DNA of 64,000 nucleotides from Octopus bimaculoides (taxonomy: Eukaryota), in assembly GCF_001194135.2 (NCBI RefSeq), contig NC_068994.1, positions 6,567,731 through 6,631,730 of the forward strand, in the 5' to 3' direction. Positions 23,701 to 37,419 of the stretch are shown piece after piece; the first letter of the stretch is position 1; each line of letters begins with the position of its first letter. The notes under the pieces are model-generated. The model searched no databases. It was not told the DNA's origin and was given only the letters and a program-made list of their open reading frames with translations. A program made the position numbers and the translations under genes.

Positions 23701-26700
23701 TTCAGGCGCCAAGCTGACAGAAACGTTAGCACGCTGGGCGAAATGCTTAGCAGTATTTCGTCTGCTGTTACGTTCTGAGTTCAAATTCCGCCGAGATTGA
23801 CTTTGCCTTTCATCCTTTCGGGGTCGATAAATTAAGTACCAGTTACACAATGGGGGTCGATATAATCGACTTAATCCCTTTGTTTGTCCCCTCTATGTTT
23901 AGCCCCTTGTGGGCAATAAAGGAATAAGAAACGTTAGGATGCCGGGCAAAATGCTTCGCGGTATTTCGTCCATCTTTACGTTCTGAGTTCAAATCCCGTT
24001 GAGGTCGACTTTACCTTTCATCCTTTCGGGGGTAGATAAATTAAGTACCAGTTGCGTACTAGGGTTGATTTAATCGACCGGCCTCCTTCCCAAATATTTC
24101 GGGGTCTTGTGCCTAGAGTAGAAAAGAATATAAGTCAGCCTTGAATCAGCAATACCAAATAGGTGGCGCCAAAATGTCTTGTATCCTGGTTGACTCAGAG
24201 TTCTGTTTGAAAGAGCAGAGTGCTGTGTAGTAAGCTCAAAACCTGGATTTCATGAACTTAACACCAACCTCTTCACCATTTGCATGGTTAAATGGTGGAG
24301 AAGTTTCTACACAAACATCCACTATTGGTCATTCAGTTATATTATCTGCATATCTCTATCTCTTTACAGATGGAATGTTACCAGAACACAAGAAGCAACT
24401 AGAAATGGTAAATATGTTTTTTGTGCTGTTTTTTTTTTTTCTCTGATGGCATAAATTTGTTTAAAAATCTATTTTATTTATTTATTTATTTATTTTTTTT
24501 TTTCGTATTTTTGAACTGAAGAATAAGGTATTTTTGTTCTTGTTGCTCTGATTTACCAAACTTGTGATCCAAAGCTTTCTATCTGTGACCATTCCATCTA
24601 ATTTAAAGACACAATATGTCTATGAGTACATTAATTAATCTGTCATATCTATAAAACTATTGTGTCTAAACTCCCGTTACTATATTTATAAACCCATATT
24701 GAGAAACTCGTCCTATTCTACGGCTCTAAAACCATGTCACAATATATGCCAACACCTGTTTATTTCTCCATAACACACACACATTCCTGTTGTCTCAAAA
24801 TAATTTGATGTTTCTCATTTCAGCTGAGCAATTTCCCACAGCACAACATCAATGAACTTCCACCGTGGGAGACACTGTTCGAAGCCTCCAATTATTGTTG
24901 CCTCTTCAACTCTGACCTGCAACTCAGCCATATAAAGTTTCTGCCTGGGAACAGTAAAATAGACAATACACTGGCAAACACAGAAGGTGAGAGGCTGAAG
25001 AGGACGGGGTTTTCACATTAAGGATTTGCTGTGTTTTTGTGTGTGAGGTGAAGAAGTCGCTGTTGGAGGTTATGAGATGTGAGATAAGTTTGTAACGTAA
25101 GAGTGAGAGAGGTAGTAGCAGCAAGGTAGTGGTAGTGGTTGAGGGTGAGTGAGTGAGTTCACTCTCTCTTTCTTTCTTTCTTTTTATGTGTGTCATCAAA
25201 TGAATAGTTTCGTTCACTCTTTGACATATTCTTTACTTAATTCGTTGAAATCTTCACAGGTACCGAACAGCTGGAATTCATCTTGAAGTCTGATATCCTG
25301 CGCATTGTATGGTATGCCGTGTCCAACAAAAATTTGGTCCTTCGATGGCTGTTCTTCTTAAGTAGGTACCCAGTGAATTCTATTTTACTTTTATTTTTTT
25401 TTATCCTAGATTACCTCATATATGGGTGGGGTGGGGTGGGGTGCTGAAAAGTTCCTGGCTTTGGGTAAAAAAAATTACAGGAGGGATCAGTTGATTATTT
25501 TATCCACCATATTCATCTCTCTGATTCACATACATTTTTTTTTTCCTGTTTTTATTTGTTTCAGTCATTGGACTATGGCCATGCTGGGGTACCACCTTGA
25601 AGGGTTTCCATTGAATGACTTGACCCCAGTAGTTATTTTTTAAGCCTGTTATTTATTCTATCAACCTCTATTGCCGAACTGCCAACTTATGAGAACAAAA
25701 GCTGTCAAGCCATGACCATCCCATCTTAGTTTTCAGGAATAGTGTACTCTTGACTGTATTAACTAAAGTACCCCTTTTTGTAGGATAGCAGGGTGTACTT
25801 TGATGTAAACTTGGCTGTTATTTCTTGCTCACCAATTGACCACATAGAAGCTTCCCTGTCATGATGTTTTATTTTTTGTTGTTTTTTTTTAATGCTGATG
25901 GTAGTGATGTATAAATGTATATATCTATGCATTTATACACCGTCACTCTCATCTTGCACTCATCATAGCTGCCTCCAGGCTCTTAATTCCATCTCTTATT
26001 TGTAGTGTCTATTCACAATGACGTCTCGGTGAGTGAAGCATGTTATCAGATCATACTGAACGCAATCCAGCTACAACTCTCATCTTCCCGGACGAAAAAC
26101 ACGTGGGCACCAGACATTGCAGATATATTGCGTATATTTATAAACTATGGTGAGTAGCACATTATTTTCTCCCTTTTTTTTTTTCTAAAACTTTTTTCCT
26201 TTGTTAGAAAGACGTGTTGTTATTTAGTTCCTGGCTTACTCTTATCAGGCATTCCAGCCATGGCCTTTCCACCTTTTAATGGTCATGTTGGATTACATTA
26301 TGTAATGAGGGTTTTTTTTTTTTTTTTTTTTTGTATTTAAGATGATAGGCGCGGGAGTGGCTGTGTGGTAAGTAGCTTGCTTACCAACCACATGGTTCCG
26401 GGTTCAGTCCCACTGCGTGGCACCTTGGGCAAGTGTCTTAAACTATATAGCCTCGGGCCGACCAAAGCCTTGTGAGTGGATTTGGTAGACGGAAACTGAA
26501 AGAAGCCCATCGTATATATATATATATATATATATATATGTTTGTGTTTTTCCCCCCCAACATTGCTTGACAACCGATGCTGGTGTGTTTACGTCCCCGT
26601 AACTTAGCAGTTCGGCAAAAGAGACCGATAGAATAAGTACTAGGCTTACAAAGAATAAGTCCCGGGATCGATTTGCTCAACTAAAGGCGGTGCTCCAGCA

Positions 26701-29700
26701 TGGCCGCAGTCAAATGACTGAAACAAGTAAAAGAGTATGGTAAAGTGGACATTGAAATGATGATTGTGTATGGGTGTGTTTCTGTGCCCGTGGTGATGGA
26801 GAGAGGATGTGTGTGAGTACATTGAATGAATATTCATTCACTCTTCTTCTTACAATCTTTATGTACTTTGTTCTAGGTGCTCCAGTCCATGACCTTGTGC
26901 CCAACCAAGCATTTCTTCGTTCTCTACCTCTAGGGTAAGTAATTCCGTCTCTATTAGAATCTTCTATACCGGTGATAGTGGACCATGGCATACATGTCAG
27001 CAGTGTCAGGCCACGGGTTTTGTAGATGACATGTAAAAATTCCTTATTTATAAACATTTACCTAAAATGGCAAAGGCCGTAATTTATCTCCTACTGGCAA
27101 TGTAAACATGAGTGTCTCTATGCACCAGAAAACTATCGCAGTATCATGTGTTCTAACACAACATCCACTTTTAAGCGGGGGATAAATATTACCTTTTGTT
27201 ATTTATACTACTACTGTTGCTAATAATTCATCATCATCATTTAACGTCCGTGTTCCATGCTGGTATGGGTTGGACGGTTTGACTGCGGTCTGGAAAGCCA
27301 GAGGCTGCTCCAGGCTCCAGTCTGATCTGGCAATGTTTCTACAGCTGGATGCCCTTCCTAACGGCAACCACTCCTGGAGTGGTTGGCGTTAGGAAGGGCA
27401 TCCAGCTGTAGAAACATTATCTGGTTTGTGTGTACACTGTTCTTGAGTATCTGCATCATACAAGTGATGTTCTTTGTTTCCAATCTTCTATGGGAAGCAT
27501 GTCTGACCCTGGTGAATTATTACCTTGCTTGGAAACAGGTGAGGGTTGGCGACAGGAAGAGCATCCAGCTGTGGAAAAATCTGCCCCAACAAATTCCATC
27601 TGTACTACACAAACATAAGAAAATGAACATTAAATGATGATGATGGTACTCGTATACCCTTTTCACCCAGTGGGTAGGGTACAGCTTAGTCTCTGACCAT
27701 ATAACACATTGTCCTAGTTTGGTTTACATATTACAAATGAATAACAATTAAGATCTGATATAATCTGACCTTACTTGTTTTATAAACCAAGGCTGTATTT
27801 CTCCTCCTCCTCCTCCTCCTCCTCAGGGCTCTGCAAAAACCCATCAACACAAATTGTAAGCATACGAAGCAAGACAAATCAAGTACCACAACATCATCTC
27901 CCAGAAATGCTGATTCTGTGCAGCTTAAAGGTTTACAAGATGCTGCATCGGCCCCGAAACTCAGAAAATCTGATAAAGCACAGTTTAACAGCACTGGTTT
28001 GGTTTATGTCCTTTCTGTGTTAAGTTTCGTCCTTGACTCAAGGTGAGTGAGTACTAATAGCAGTATTTGTTGCTAATATAAATTATAATTCCGTGACAAT
28101 CGCTCTGTGTAACTGACCAATCAGAACACAGTTCATGGTAATCTTCTCAACCTGAGAAACATTTATATTTGATATTTTTTTTATAAATGTGCAGTAATAG
28201 TCATTAACCAGCTAAGATTTGATTAATCGTGTGACAAGTTTTCCTCACCAACCAATCAGACCACAGCATTTCATTTTCTCCTTGTCTCCAGTAATATTTA
28301 CATTCCTCAACTCCTCGTCTGCTAACAGTAGTGACTGCTTTCTGTTTTGTTTCACCATAACTGAATATAAGAACGTATATATAATATATATATAGTGTAC
28401 TGGTCCTTGAAAAGTACTCCATCTGGTGAGAGATAAATATTATTTAATAAACACAATATGTGTATTATGTGCTACTATTAGTTTCATGTACTGGAAGCAT
28501 GCCAGACAGTGTTTTTAACACATCTGGTGTCCTTGCACAATCATCAGACACATGCTCTCATGAAACTAATAGCATCACATAAATACATATATTGCATTTA
28601 TTAAATAATATATATATATATAATTGTCAGTCTGTCACACTTTGACTCGATCTAAATTCACACCTTATATTTCGTTTCTCATGAGAATGTCAAAAGAGGG
28701 GATGATTCATAGCAAAATAATAATCTGTTAAAATGATTTTGGTGCCCTCCTTCTGGGAGTATCTCCTCACCTTGTATGGTTTGAACACTACTTGTAATGC
28801 TACAGATATTTTGGAACCATGGTTAGAAATGTTGTTGGTGTTTCTTTTTTTCTTTTTCTACTTGTCTTCTAATCTAATCTTTTCGTTCATTTCACAGGCC
28901 ATATTATACAACAGACCAGCTCTCTGCCTTGTTTTTAATGCTGTGCAAAGTCCGGTTGGATATTCATATTGCCACGTAAGTGACAATGTTCTTTCTCTCT
29001 TTCTTTGTTATGCAGTTCCTCCCCCTCATTAAATCAGTCTCAATCAAGCAACATGGTTATCTTTTATCTTTTACTTGTTTCAGTCTTCAGAGTGTGGCAC
29101 TTCCACAAGAGATTTCTTTCTAGATGAATACCACAGAAAATTTACTTTACGTAGTGTATTTACATTAGGCATCATCATCGTCGTTTAACGTCCGCTTTCT
29201 ATGCTAGCATGGGTTGGACGATTTGACTGAGGACTGGTGAACCAGATGGCTACACTAGGCTCCAATCTGATTTGGCAGAGTTTCTACAGCTGGATGCCCT
29301 TCCTAATGCCAACCACTCCGAGAGTGTAGTTGGTGCTTTTACGTGCCACAGGCGGTACTGGCAACGGCCACGCTCAAAATGGTGTATTTTACGTGCCACC
29401 TGCACAGGAGCCAGTCCAGCGGCACTGGCAACGATCTCACTCGAATGTCTTTACAAGTGCCAGGAAGGCGACGCTGGGCACAGGTGCCATCACGATTTCG
29501 CTTTCGCTTGCCCCAACAGGTCTTTGCAAGCCGAGTTTCNNNNNNNNNNNNNNNNNNNNNNNNNNNNNNNNNNNNNNNNNNNNNNNNNNNNNNNNNNNNN
29601 NNNNNNNNNNNNNNNNNNNNNNNNNNNNNNNNNNNNNNNNNNNNNNNNNNNNNNNNNNNNNNNNNNNNNNNNNNNNNNNNNNNNNNNNNNNNNNNNNNNN

Positions 29701-31448
29701 NNNNNNNNNNNNNNNNNNNNNNNNNNNNNNNNNNNNNNNNNNNNNNNNNNNNNNNTATATATATATATATATATATATATATTCTTTTCATTTACAAAGG
29801 GATCCACTGGTCAAGAATTTGCAAGCTGTTCTCTCAAGAATCATCCAGAAATTTCCAGCTGCAGAATGGCCACAAACGGTAAGTGTGTATGTATGTATGT
29901 TTATGTATACAATTATTTAATTGCCTAAAATGCATGTGACAACACTGTTTTTCTCTTTCCTTCTGTCTTTGTGACAAGGGTTCTGAATCTTCAGATTCTT
30001 CACTCTACACAGCAATTGTGATTTTTACCAAAGTTTCCTATGATCTCTCCTGTCAAATATTCCTCCAGTTCCACAAGATGGCTGCTTACGATGGCGTCAG
30101 TAGGGTGGTGGTAGCATCTCACCATGCTTATGGCTAGGTGAACTGGGCCGAGTAGACTTACTTCATAGCTTTTATATACAACAGTACAGGAAGCAAACCA
30201 CAGTCTTTGTTTGTGGGCAGACACTTTATTGAAGAATCAGCCCTTTATGATCTTTGCAAATCAACACTGGTTTAACATCCACCCATAGGTCTAACATGAA
30301 CCTTAATTTTATTGAAGCAGTTTTTGTATGGCTGGATGTAAACCAATGTCCTCGTCATGCAAGCGATGCTGTTCATTTCCATTATTTTCTGAAAACATGT
30401 CTGGCCAGCGGGGAATATTACCTTGCTTGGAAAAAGTAGAGGGTTTGTAACAGGAAGGGCATTCAACTAGAAAATCTGGTCTAATGAATTCTATCTGACC
30501 CAGGAAAGCATGGAAAAGTGTTATCACTGATTCCGTAAAGGGGTCAATGGTATATGGAGTTTACCAACAACCCCCTATTCTACAAAGTGGAGGGTAATCT
30601 TGTAGTTAGTTGTTGCTGTTGTAATCTCACAGATGAAGCCCTGCTATTATTTATGATATTTTCCAGGCCATCAATCTGTCCATTGACCTGACCACATTGA
30701 CCAGGGACCCCCATAACATGCTCTTCCTCACACAGACCTTACCACACTGTCAACAGAGTGTTGAACTCAGGCAGAGATTGGCTACACTACAGCTATATGT
30801 GATCACTGAACAGAATATATCCACTATCAGCAAAGAAGATGTTAATGTGAGCATTCTATTACTTTATAAACTATTGTTTTATCAAAGAGAGAGTGTGTAT
30901 GAGGTGATTGTGTGCAGTATATCTGTGGGTCAATAAATGTTGCTTTGAACTGGTGTAATTCTAGACAAGATGAAGAACCATTTGTGTTTATATGAAGTGT
31001 GTTTGACTGATTAAAAAGTGTGCTCCCCAACCACATGGTTCCAGGTTCAGTCTCATTCTGTGTCACCTTGGGCAAGTGTCTTCAGCTATAGCTAAAACCT
31101 TGTGAATCAATTTCATAGACAGATGCTGAAAGAAGTGTGTGTGTGTGTGCTTGTGTCTCCTCGTCTTGACATCACATGATTGTTGTAAATGAATGTCAGT
31201 CATACAAGCAGTGTCGTTCATTACCAGTATTCTGAAAAAAAAAACCCATTTCTGTTGGCCATGAGGAAATATAAACTTGCCTGGAAACAGCCGAGCATTG
31301 GAAATAAGGGTGTTTGGCTGTAGAAAATCTGCGTCAGTCAACTCCCTACAACCTAGGAAAGTGTGGAAAAGTGGATTAAAAAAAAACATCTGTCTGCTTT
31401 GTATGCATATTTTGTACACTCGGTGTATGTATGCATGCTTGCACATGT

Positions 31449-31482
<34 letters not shown>

Positions 31483-31554
31483 GCTAGGCTTGGCTTAGTT
31501 TGAGGCCCTCAGCTTACAGTGGAATCACAGAGATACTTGTGATATACTGCATGC

Positions 31555-31595
<41 letters not shown>

Positions 31596-33495
31596 ATCTG
31601 TTGCAGTCAATTGCCACAGCTTGAGGTCTCCACCCGTGACCTGCCTGTTTATTCCTTAATATTGTCTAACCATCTTTTCCTTTGTTCAGCTTGCCTCCTC
31701 TTTTCCCCCTCCTCTTCACTTTCTTGAAGCCTAGCTTTTTGCAAGACCACAGGATCATGTTACATAGCCACTTCTTCCATCTTCTGATTTGTGATATGTT
31801 GTTTGGTGGTGATTGCACAGAGAATGTGTTGTTGAGTAGTTGATTGTGTAAATATCTGTTGTTGTCTTTGTATTAATTTCATCCTACTATTTCTTTTAAT
31901 TTCCACAGATTTCTCAATTGTTTTGTCTGTTTCCTCACCTGAAATCATTTGCTCAGAACAAGCTCAGTACCCTCTCTGTAACCGTCGACTTACTCAGTAT
32001 TGCAGTTGGAGGGAGCTCCCTTCAGAAATCTGACCGGGTAAACTTATCCTTCATTTATTCTCATCTTTAGCTGGCAGATCGACAGGATATAAGTTTTGAG
32101 TTCAAATCCTGTTGAAGTCAACTTATTTTTTTTTATCCTTCTGGGGTCAATAAAACAAAATACAAATCTTGTGTGGGTGGCACATAAAATACACCATTTT
32201 GAGCGTGGCCGTTGCCAGTACCGCCTGACTGGCCTTCATGCCGGTTGCATGTAAAAGCACCCACTACACTATCAGAGTGGTTGGCGTTAGGAAGGGCATC
32301 CAGCTGTAGAAATTCTGCCAAATCAGATTGGAGCCTGGTGTAGCCATCTGGTTTCACCAGTCCTCAGTTAAATCGTCCAACCCATGCTAGCATGGAAAGC
32401 CGACATTAAACGATGATGATGATGAATTCATTATAAACTCTGTGTTGGTTAGCGTAGGTGTCTGGTTGAGAAGCTGGATTCCCAATCATATGGTTTCAGG
32501 TTCATTCCCACTGCATAGCACCTTGGGCAAGTGTCTTCTATTATATCCTCTGGCTGACCAGAGCCTTGTGAATGGATTTGATAGATGAAAACTGAAAGAA
32601 GCCCATCATATTTGTGCGCGTGTGTGTACATATATATCATCTTTGTTTAACGCCCACCTTCCATGCTGGCATGGGTTGGACGGTTTGACAGGCGCATGCA
32701 CCACTTCTGTGCCTGTTTTGGCATGGTTTTCAGAGCTGGATGCCCTTCCTAACACCAACAACCCAACAGAGTGCTTTTTACGTGATACAAGCACAGTTGA
32801 GGTCAGTTTTTGGCATGTGTTTTATAGCTGGGTGCCCTTCCAACTGCTTCACAGTGCGGACTGGATGCTTTTTGTGTGACCCCATAACGTGTGTGTTTTC
32901 GTGTATTCCTTATCTTGACATCACGTTTGTAAATGACTATCACTGTCAATGATACTTACTTCCATTTCTCTCTCTCTCTTTTTCTTTCATGCGTTTCCAT
33001 CATCAGGAAAACTTACAACAGGTTATGCACGAGGTGATGCAGTTATCTGAATGTCTTCGAGACAATGGAAGAACTGTTGCCTGCTCTGTGGTAGGTTGTT
33101 ACAATTCTCATTTACTCTTTTATTTTTCTCTTGAATGTTCGTTACTATCGTTTGTCATCCTCCGCCTCTTCGTTAATTAATTGCAGCTTGTTAAAAAAAA
33201 AAAAAAAAAAAAAAAANNNNNNNNNNNNNNNNNNNNNNNNNNNNNNNNNNNNNNNNNNNNNNNNNNNNNNNNNNNNNNNNNNNNNNNNNNNNNNNNNNNN
33301 NNNNNNNNNNNNNNNNNNNNNNNNNNNNNNNNNNNNNNNNNNNNNNNNNNNNNNNNNNNNNNNNNNNNNNNNNNNNNNNNNNNNNNNNNNNNNNNNNNNN
33401 NNNNNNNNNNNNNNNNNNNNNNNNNNNNNNNNNNNNNNNNNNNNNNNNNNNNNNNNNNNNNNNNNNNNNNNNNNNNNNNNNNNNNNNNNNNNNNN

Positions 33496-33540
<45 letters not shown>

Positions 33541-34480
33541 TGGCCGTTGCCAGTACCGCCTGACTGGCCTTCGTGCGGGTGATACGTAAAAGCACCCACT
33601 ACACTCTCTGAGTGGTCAGCGTTAGGAAGGGCATCCAGCTGTAGAAACTCTGCCAAATCAGATTGGAGCCTGGTGTTGCCATCTGGTTTCACCAGTCCTC
33701 GGTCAAATTGTCCAACCCATGCTAGCATGGAAAGCGGACGTTAAACGACGATGATGATATATATACACATTTATATACTGAGGGTGATAAATTGAATATT
33801 AATTTAATCAACAGCAATTTAAAACCAGTGGCCTAGCATATAAAAAATCTGAAAATTCAGAAAAATTGTATTACATGCATATAAGAAGGGATGACCACTA
33901 AGTGGACATCTGATATGCTAGAAAGAGATCAGCAAACTCCAGAACATATGATGATTTTCCTCTTGATGTTTCAGGTGAAAAACAAATTGGTGATTCTTAG
34001 TAACCGATGGAAGATATTCTTGGAAACAATTGGATTAACTCAGGTAAACATCAGTAACTGTTCACCCCCCACACACACATCCCCCACATCCCCACCTCTC
34101 CCAGAGTGCAAGAGGTCATTTCTATTGCTTTCATTACAACCATCACCACCACCACCACCACTATTACTACTACTACTACCACCACAATTACTATTGTTAC
34201 CATTTGCTTCACCACCGCTGCAACCACGCCACTACAACTATCCCACACCACCAACACTGATTACAGTTTTTCTGCTATTCATCCTTATTTTTCTCTCTTT
34301 CTATTCTAGAAAAATCTCTTTGCCTGGACCCGCATAGACCGGCCCCAGGAATCCATTGAAACGGCGTCAGAGGAGATGGCAATTTGTGAAGAGATTATAT
34401 TATCCGACTCTGACAGCACCGTCTGCAGTGATTCCGGTTCACTCTCAGACTGCAGTATATTCAGCCTGCCAGAGATCTAG
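11777..34480 (+). CDS. SLF2: SMC5-SMC6 complex localisation factor 2-like (FAM178A/CANIN domain), 20 exons, 643 aa. Exons: 11777-11808, 15385-15428, 17603-17722, 18643-18691, 19477-19507, 21158-21247, 23136-23190, 24370-24407, 24824-24986, 25260-25361, 26006-26149, 26877-26934, 27827-28042, 28898-28975, 29800-29878, 30667-30846, 31909-32037, 33007-33090, 33975-34043, 34310-34480
   Basis: All introns are GT-AG, phases are consistent, and the exons total 1932 nt from ATG to TAG. Motifs [83 protein letters not shown]...VKNKL...RW and QKNLFAW match, in order, the SLF2/FAM178 C-terminal domain as recalled. Exons 1-2 rest on splice signal and phase only. Extra exons could hide in N gaps. Confidence 0.85.
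13021..13467 (+). mobile_element. Mariner (DD34D) transposase 3' relic in SLF2 intron 1
   Basis: Frameshifted translation: [14 protein letters not shown] ... FHQDNARPH ... [16 protein letters not shown]. Confidence 0.92.
19862..20206. mobile_element. hAT-Charlie-like MITE with intact TSD
   Basis: Perfect 16-bp TIRs CAGGGGTTTTCAAACT and an identical 8-bp TSD ATCTAAGA on both sides. Confidence 0.9.
21950..22852. mobile_element. Tc1/mariner(pogo)-like MITE containing nested insertions
   Basis: TIRs TGTATTTGATGGCATATATGATGCACCT / AGGTGCATCTTTTATGCCATCAAATACA (26/28). Inside are a TTAA-type MITE (~22206-22434) and a SINE (~22445-22780). Confidence 0.65.
26347..26737 (+). mobile_element. tRNA-headed SINE, family B, near full length. 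Partial copies at ~2040-2185, 15090-15310, 32460-32610(-), 39632-39718, 55210-55545(-)
   Basis: A-box-like TGGCTGTGTGGTAAG and B-box-like GGTTCAGTCC head, internal (TA)n, tail GAAACAAGTAAAAGAGTA. Confidence 0.85.
27332..27418. other. Foldback hairpin, 43-bp arms, 1-nt loop, derived from family C
   Basis: 27332-27374 is the reverse complement of 27376-27418 with 1 mismatch. Confidence 0.92.
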
Positions 34481-34688
34481 GGTTCGACCGAACTTTTTGT
34501 TTGTTTTGTTTAGTTTTTTTGTTATATTTTGTGTCTATTTATTAGTTTTACACCCCCCCTTATGTATTTTTTTTTACATTTGTACCTATTTATCTTTCTA
34601 TATATTTTTATTTGTTTTATATTTTTCTATACTTTACTATTTCACTTTATATATTTATTTAGTATTGTTTTTACTTTTTAATTTAATC

Positions 34689-34730
<42 letters not shown>

Positions 34731-34934
34731 TATATCATTATTACTCATTGTTTCATTGGTTGTTTTATGCATTTGCTGCTGACATAACAACTCACATGAC
34801 CTCCACTGTTGTCTTGGCTTTGTCTCTAATGAGGAATGGGGAGGAAAAAAGCAAAGGAAATGATATATTTTACTTGTTTGCCCTTCTGATAACATTCCAT
34901 TGTTAACAAAGCTGTTAAATGGGCTCCACTATCA

Positions 34935-36125
34935 GTCTCTGACATTACCGTTCACTGACTCTGACATTACCATTCACTGTCTCTGACATTACCGTTCACT
35001 GTCTCTGACATTACCGTTCACAGTCCCTGACATTACTGTTCACAGTCTCTGACATTACTGTTCACAGTCTCTGACATTGCTGTTCACAGTCTCTGGCATT
35101 ACCGTTCATTGACTCTGACATTACCGTTCACTGACTCTGACATTACCATTCACTGTCTCTGACATTACCGTTCACAGTCCCTGACATTACTGTTCACAGT
35201 CTCTGACATTACTGTTCACAGTCTCTGACATTACCATTCACAGTCTCTGGCGTTATCGTTCACAGTCTCTGGTATTACCGTTCACAGTCTGGTATTACCG
35301 TTCACAGTCTCTGACATTACCATTCACTGTCTCTGGCATTACCGTTCATTGACTCTGACATTACCGTTCACTGACTCTGGCATTACCTTTCACAGTCTCT
35401 GACATTACTGTTCACAGTCTCTGACATTGCTGTTCACAGTCTCTGACATTGCCATTCACTGACTCTGACATTACCGTTCACTGTCTCTGACATTACCGTT
35501 CACAGTCCCTGACATTACTGTTCACAGTCTCTGACATTACCATTCACAGTCCCTGGCGTTATCGTTCACAGTCTCTGGTATTACTGTTCACAGTCTGGTA
35601 TTACCGTTCACAGTCTGGTATTACCGTTCACAGTCTGGTATTACCGTTCACAGTCTGGTATTACCGTTCACAGTCTCTGACATTACCANNNNNNNNNNTC
35701 TGACATTGCCATTCACTGACTCTGACATTACCGTTCACTGTCTCTGACATTACCGTTCACAGTCCCTGACATTACTGTTCACAGTCTCTGACATTACCAT
35801 TCACAGTCCCTGGCGTTATCGTTCACAGTCTCTGGTATTACTGTTCACAGTCTGGTATTACCGTTCACAGTCTGGTATTACCGTTCACAGTCTGGTATTA
35901 CCGTTCACAGTCTGGTATTACCGTTCACAGTCTCTGACATTACCATTCACTGTCTCTGACATTACCGTTCACTGTCTCTGACATTACCGTTCACAGTCTC
36001 TGACATTACCGTTCAGTCTCTGACATTACCGTTCACAGTCTCTGACATTACCGTTCACAGTCTCTAACATTACCGTTCACTGTCTCTAACACTACCATTC
36101 ACTGTCTCTGACATTATCGTTCACA
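34935..36125. repeat. Minisatellite, 22-bp unit GTCTCTGACATTACCGTTCACA with a 20-bp variant GTCTGGTATTACCGTTCACA, ~54 units
   Basis: Direct reading. A 10-N gap at 35689-35698 is flanked by duplicated sequence, so the true length is uncertain. Confidence 0.95.
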
Positions 36126-37147
36126 GAAGTGATGTTTACTGAATAGAAATCAAACTTCCATGCTCAGACACTTCACAAATACATGTTTTTGGGTTCAATC
36201 CTGCTGCATGGTACCTTGGACAAGTGACTTCTACAATAATTTCAGATCAACCAAAGCTTTATGAGTGAAATTTGGTCGGCAGAAAGGTTAGCACACTGGG
36301 CGAAATGCTTAGCGGTATTTTGTCAGCCACTATGTTCTGAGTTTAAATTCCGCCAAGGTCGACTTTGCCTTTCATCCTTTCGGGGTCGATTAAATAAGTA
36401 CCAGTTATGCACTAGGGTCGATGTAATCGACTTAATCCCTTTGTCTGTTCTTGTTTGTCCCCTCTGTGTGTAGCCCCCTTAGGGGCAGTAAAGAAATAAG
36501 AAACTGTGGAGAATTCCATTGGTGGGATTGTAGCTCTTGTCTTTGGGCTAGTAGACTTAATCTACTCCAACTGACCCTTGGGTGCCTTTTGCAGAGTCCA
36601 GCTCCCTGTTGCAAATATTCAGGCTAGATCNNNNNNNNNNNNNNNNNNNNNNNNNNNNNNNNNNNNNNNNNNNNNNNNNNNNNNNNNNNNNNNNNNNNNN
36701 NNNNNNNNNNNNNNNNNNNNNNNNNNNNNNNNNNNNNNNNNNNNNNNNNNNNNNNNNNNNNNNNNNNNNNNNNNNNNNNNNNNNNNNNNNNNNNNNNNNN
36801 NNNNNNNNNNNNNNNNNNNNNNNNNNNNNNNNNNNNNNNNNNNNNNNNNNNNNNNNNNNNNNNNNNNNNNNNNNNNNNNNNNNNNNNNNNNNNNNNNNNN
36901 NNNNNNNNNNNNNNNNNNNNNNNNNNNNNNNNNNNNNNNNNNNNNNNNNNNNNNNNNNNNNNNNNNNNNNNNNNNNNNNNNNNNNNNNNNNNNNNNNNNN
37001 NNNNNNNNNNNNNNNNNNNNNNNNNNNNNNNNNNNNNNNNNNNNNNNNNNNNNNNNNNNNNNNNNNNNNNNNNNNNNNNNNNNNNNNNNNNNNNNNNNNN
37101 NNNNNNNNNNNNNNNNNNNNNNNNNNNNNNNNNNNNNNNNNNNNNTA

Positions 37148-37196
<49 letters not shown>

Positions 37197-37419
37197 ACTG
37201 AATAATGATAATGTAAGTGTTTTGGTGCATGGCTTTTGGCCCATCCTCTGTGTGCGCACGCACAAACACATTTTTATGTTCTCTTATGTACATATATATT
37301 TTGATATAGATGCACTTATATGCATCTGTATTCATATGATAATATTTACCTTCACCCATGCTGCTAAAATTTTCTATTTAAAAAGAATTTTTAAAATTCT
37401 GACTTTGGAAACAAAATCA

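Noticed and set aside
26347-26420. tRNA gene-like sequences
   Set aside because: They are SINE heads without a complete cloverleaf; no real tRNA or rRNA gene was seen.
21158-29878. Initial FANCA-like impression (TDPL motif)
   Set aside because: Downstream exons lack FANCA motifs, and the whole chain fits SLF2/FAM178 in order.
29979-30137. Possible extra SLF2 exon ([14 protein letters not shown]...)
   Set aside because: No convincing donor, and exons 15 and 16 already join in phase and match the family spacing.
34935-36125. CRISPR-like appearance of the regular repeats
   Set aside because: Head-to-tail units with no unique spacers, in a eukaryotic context with no cas genes.
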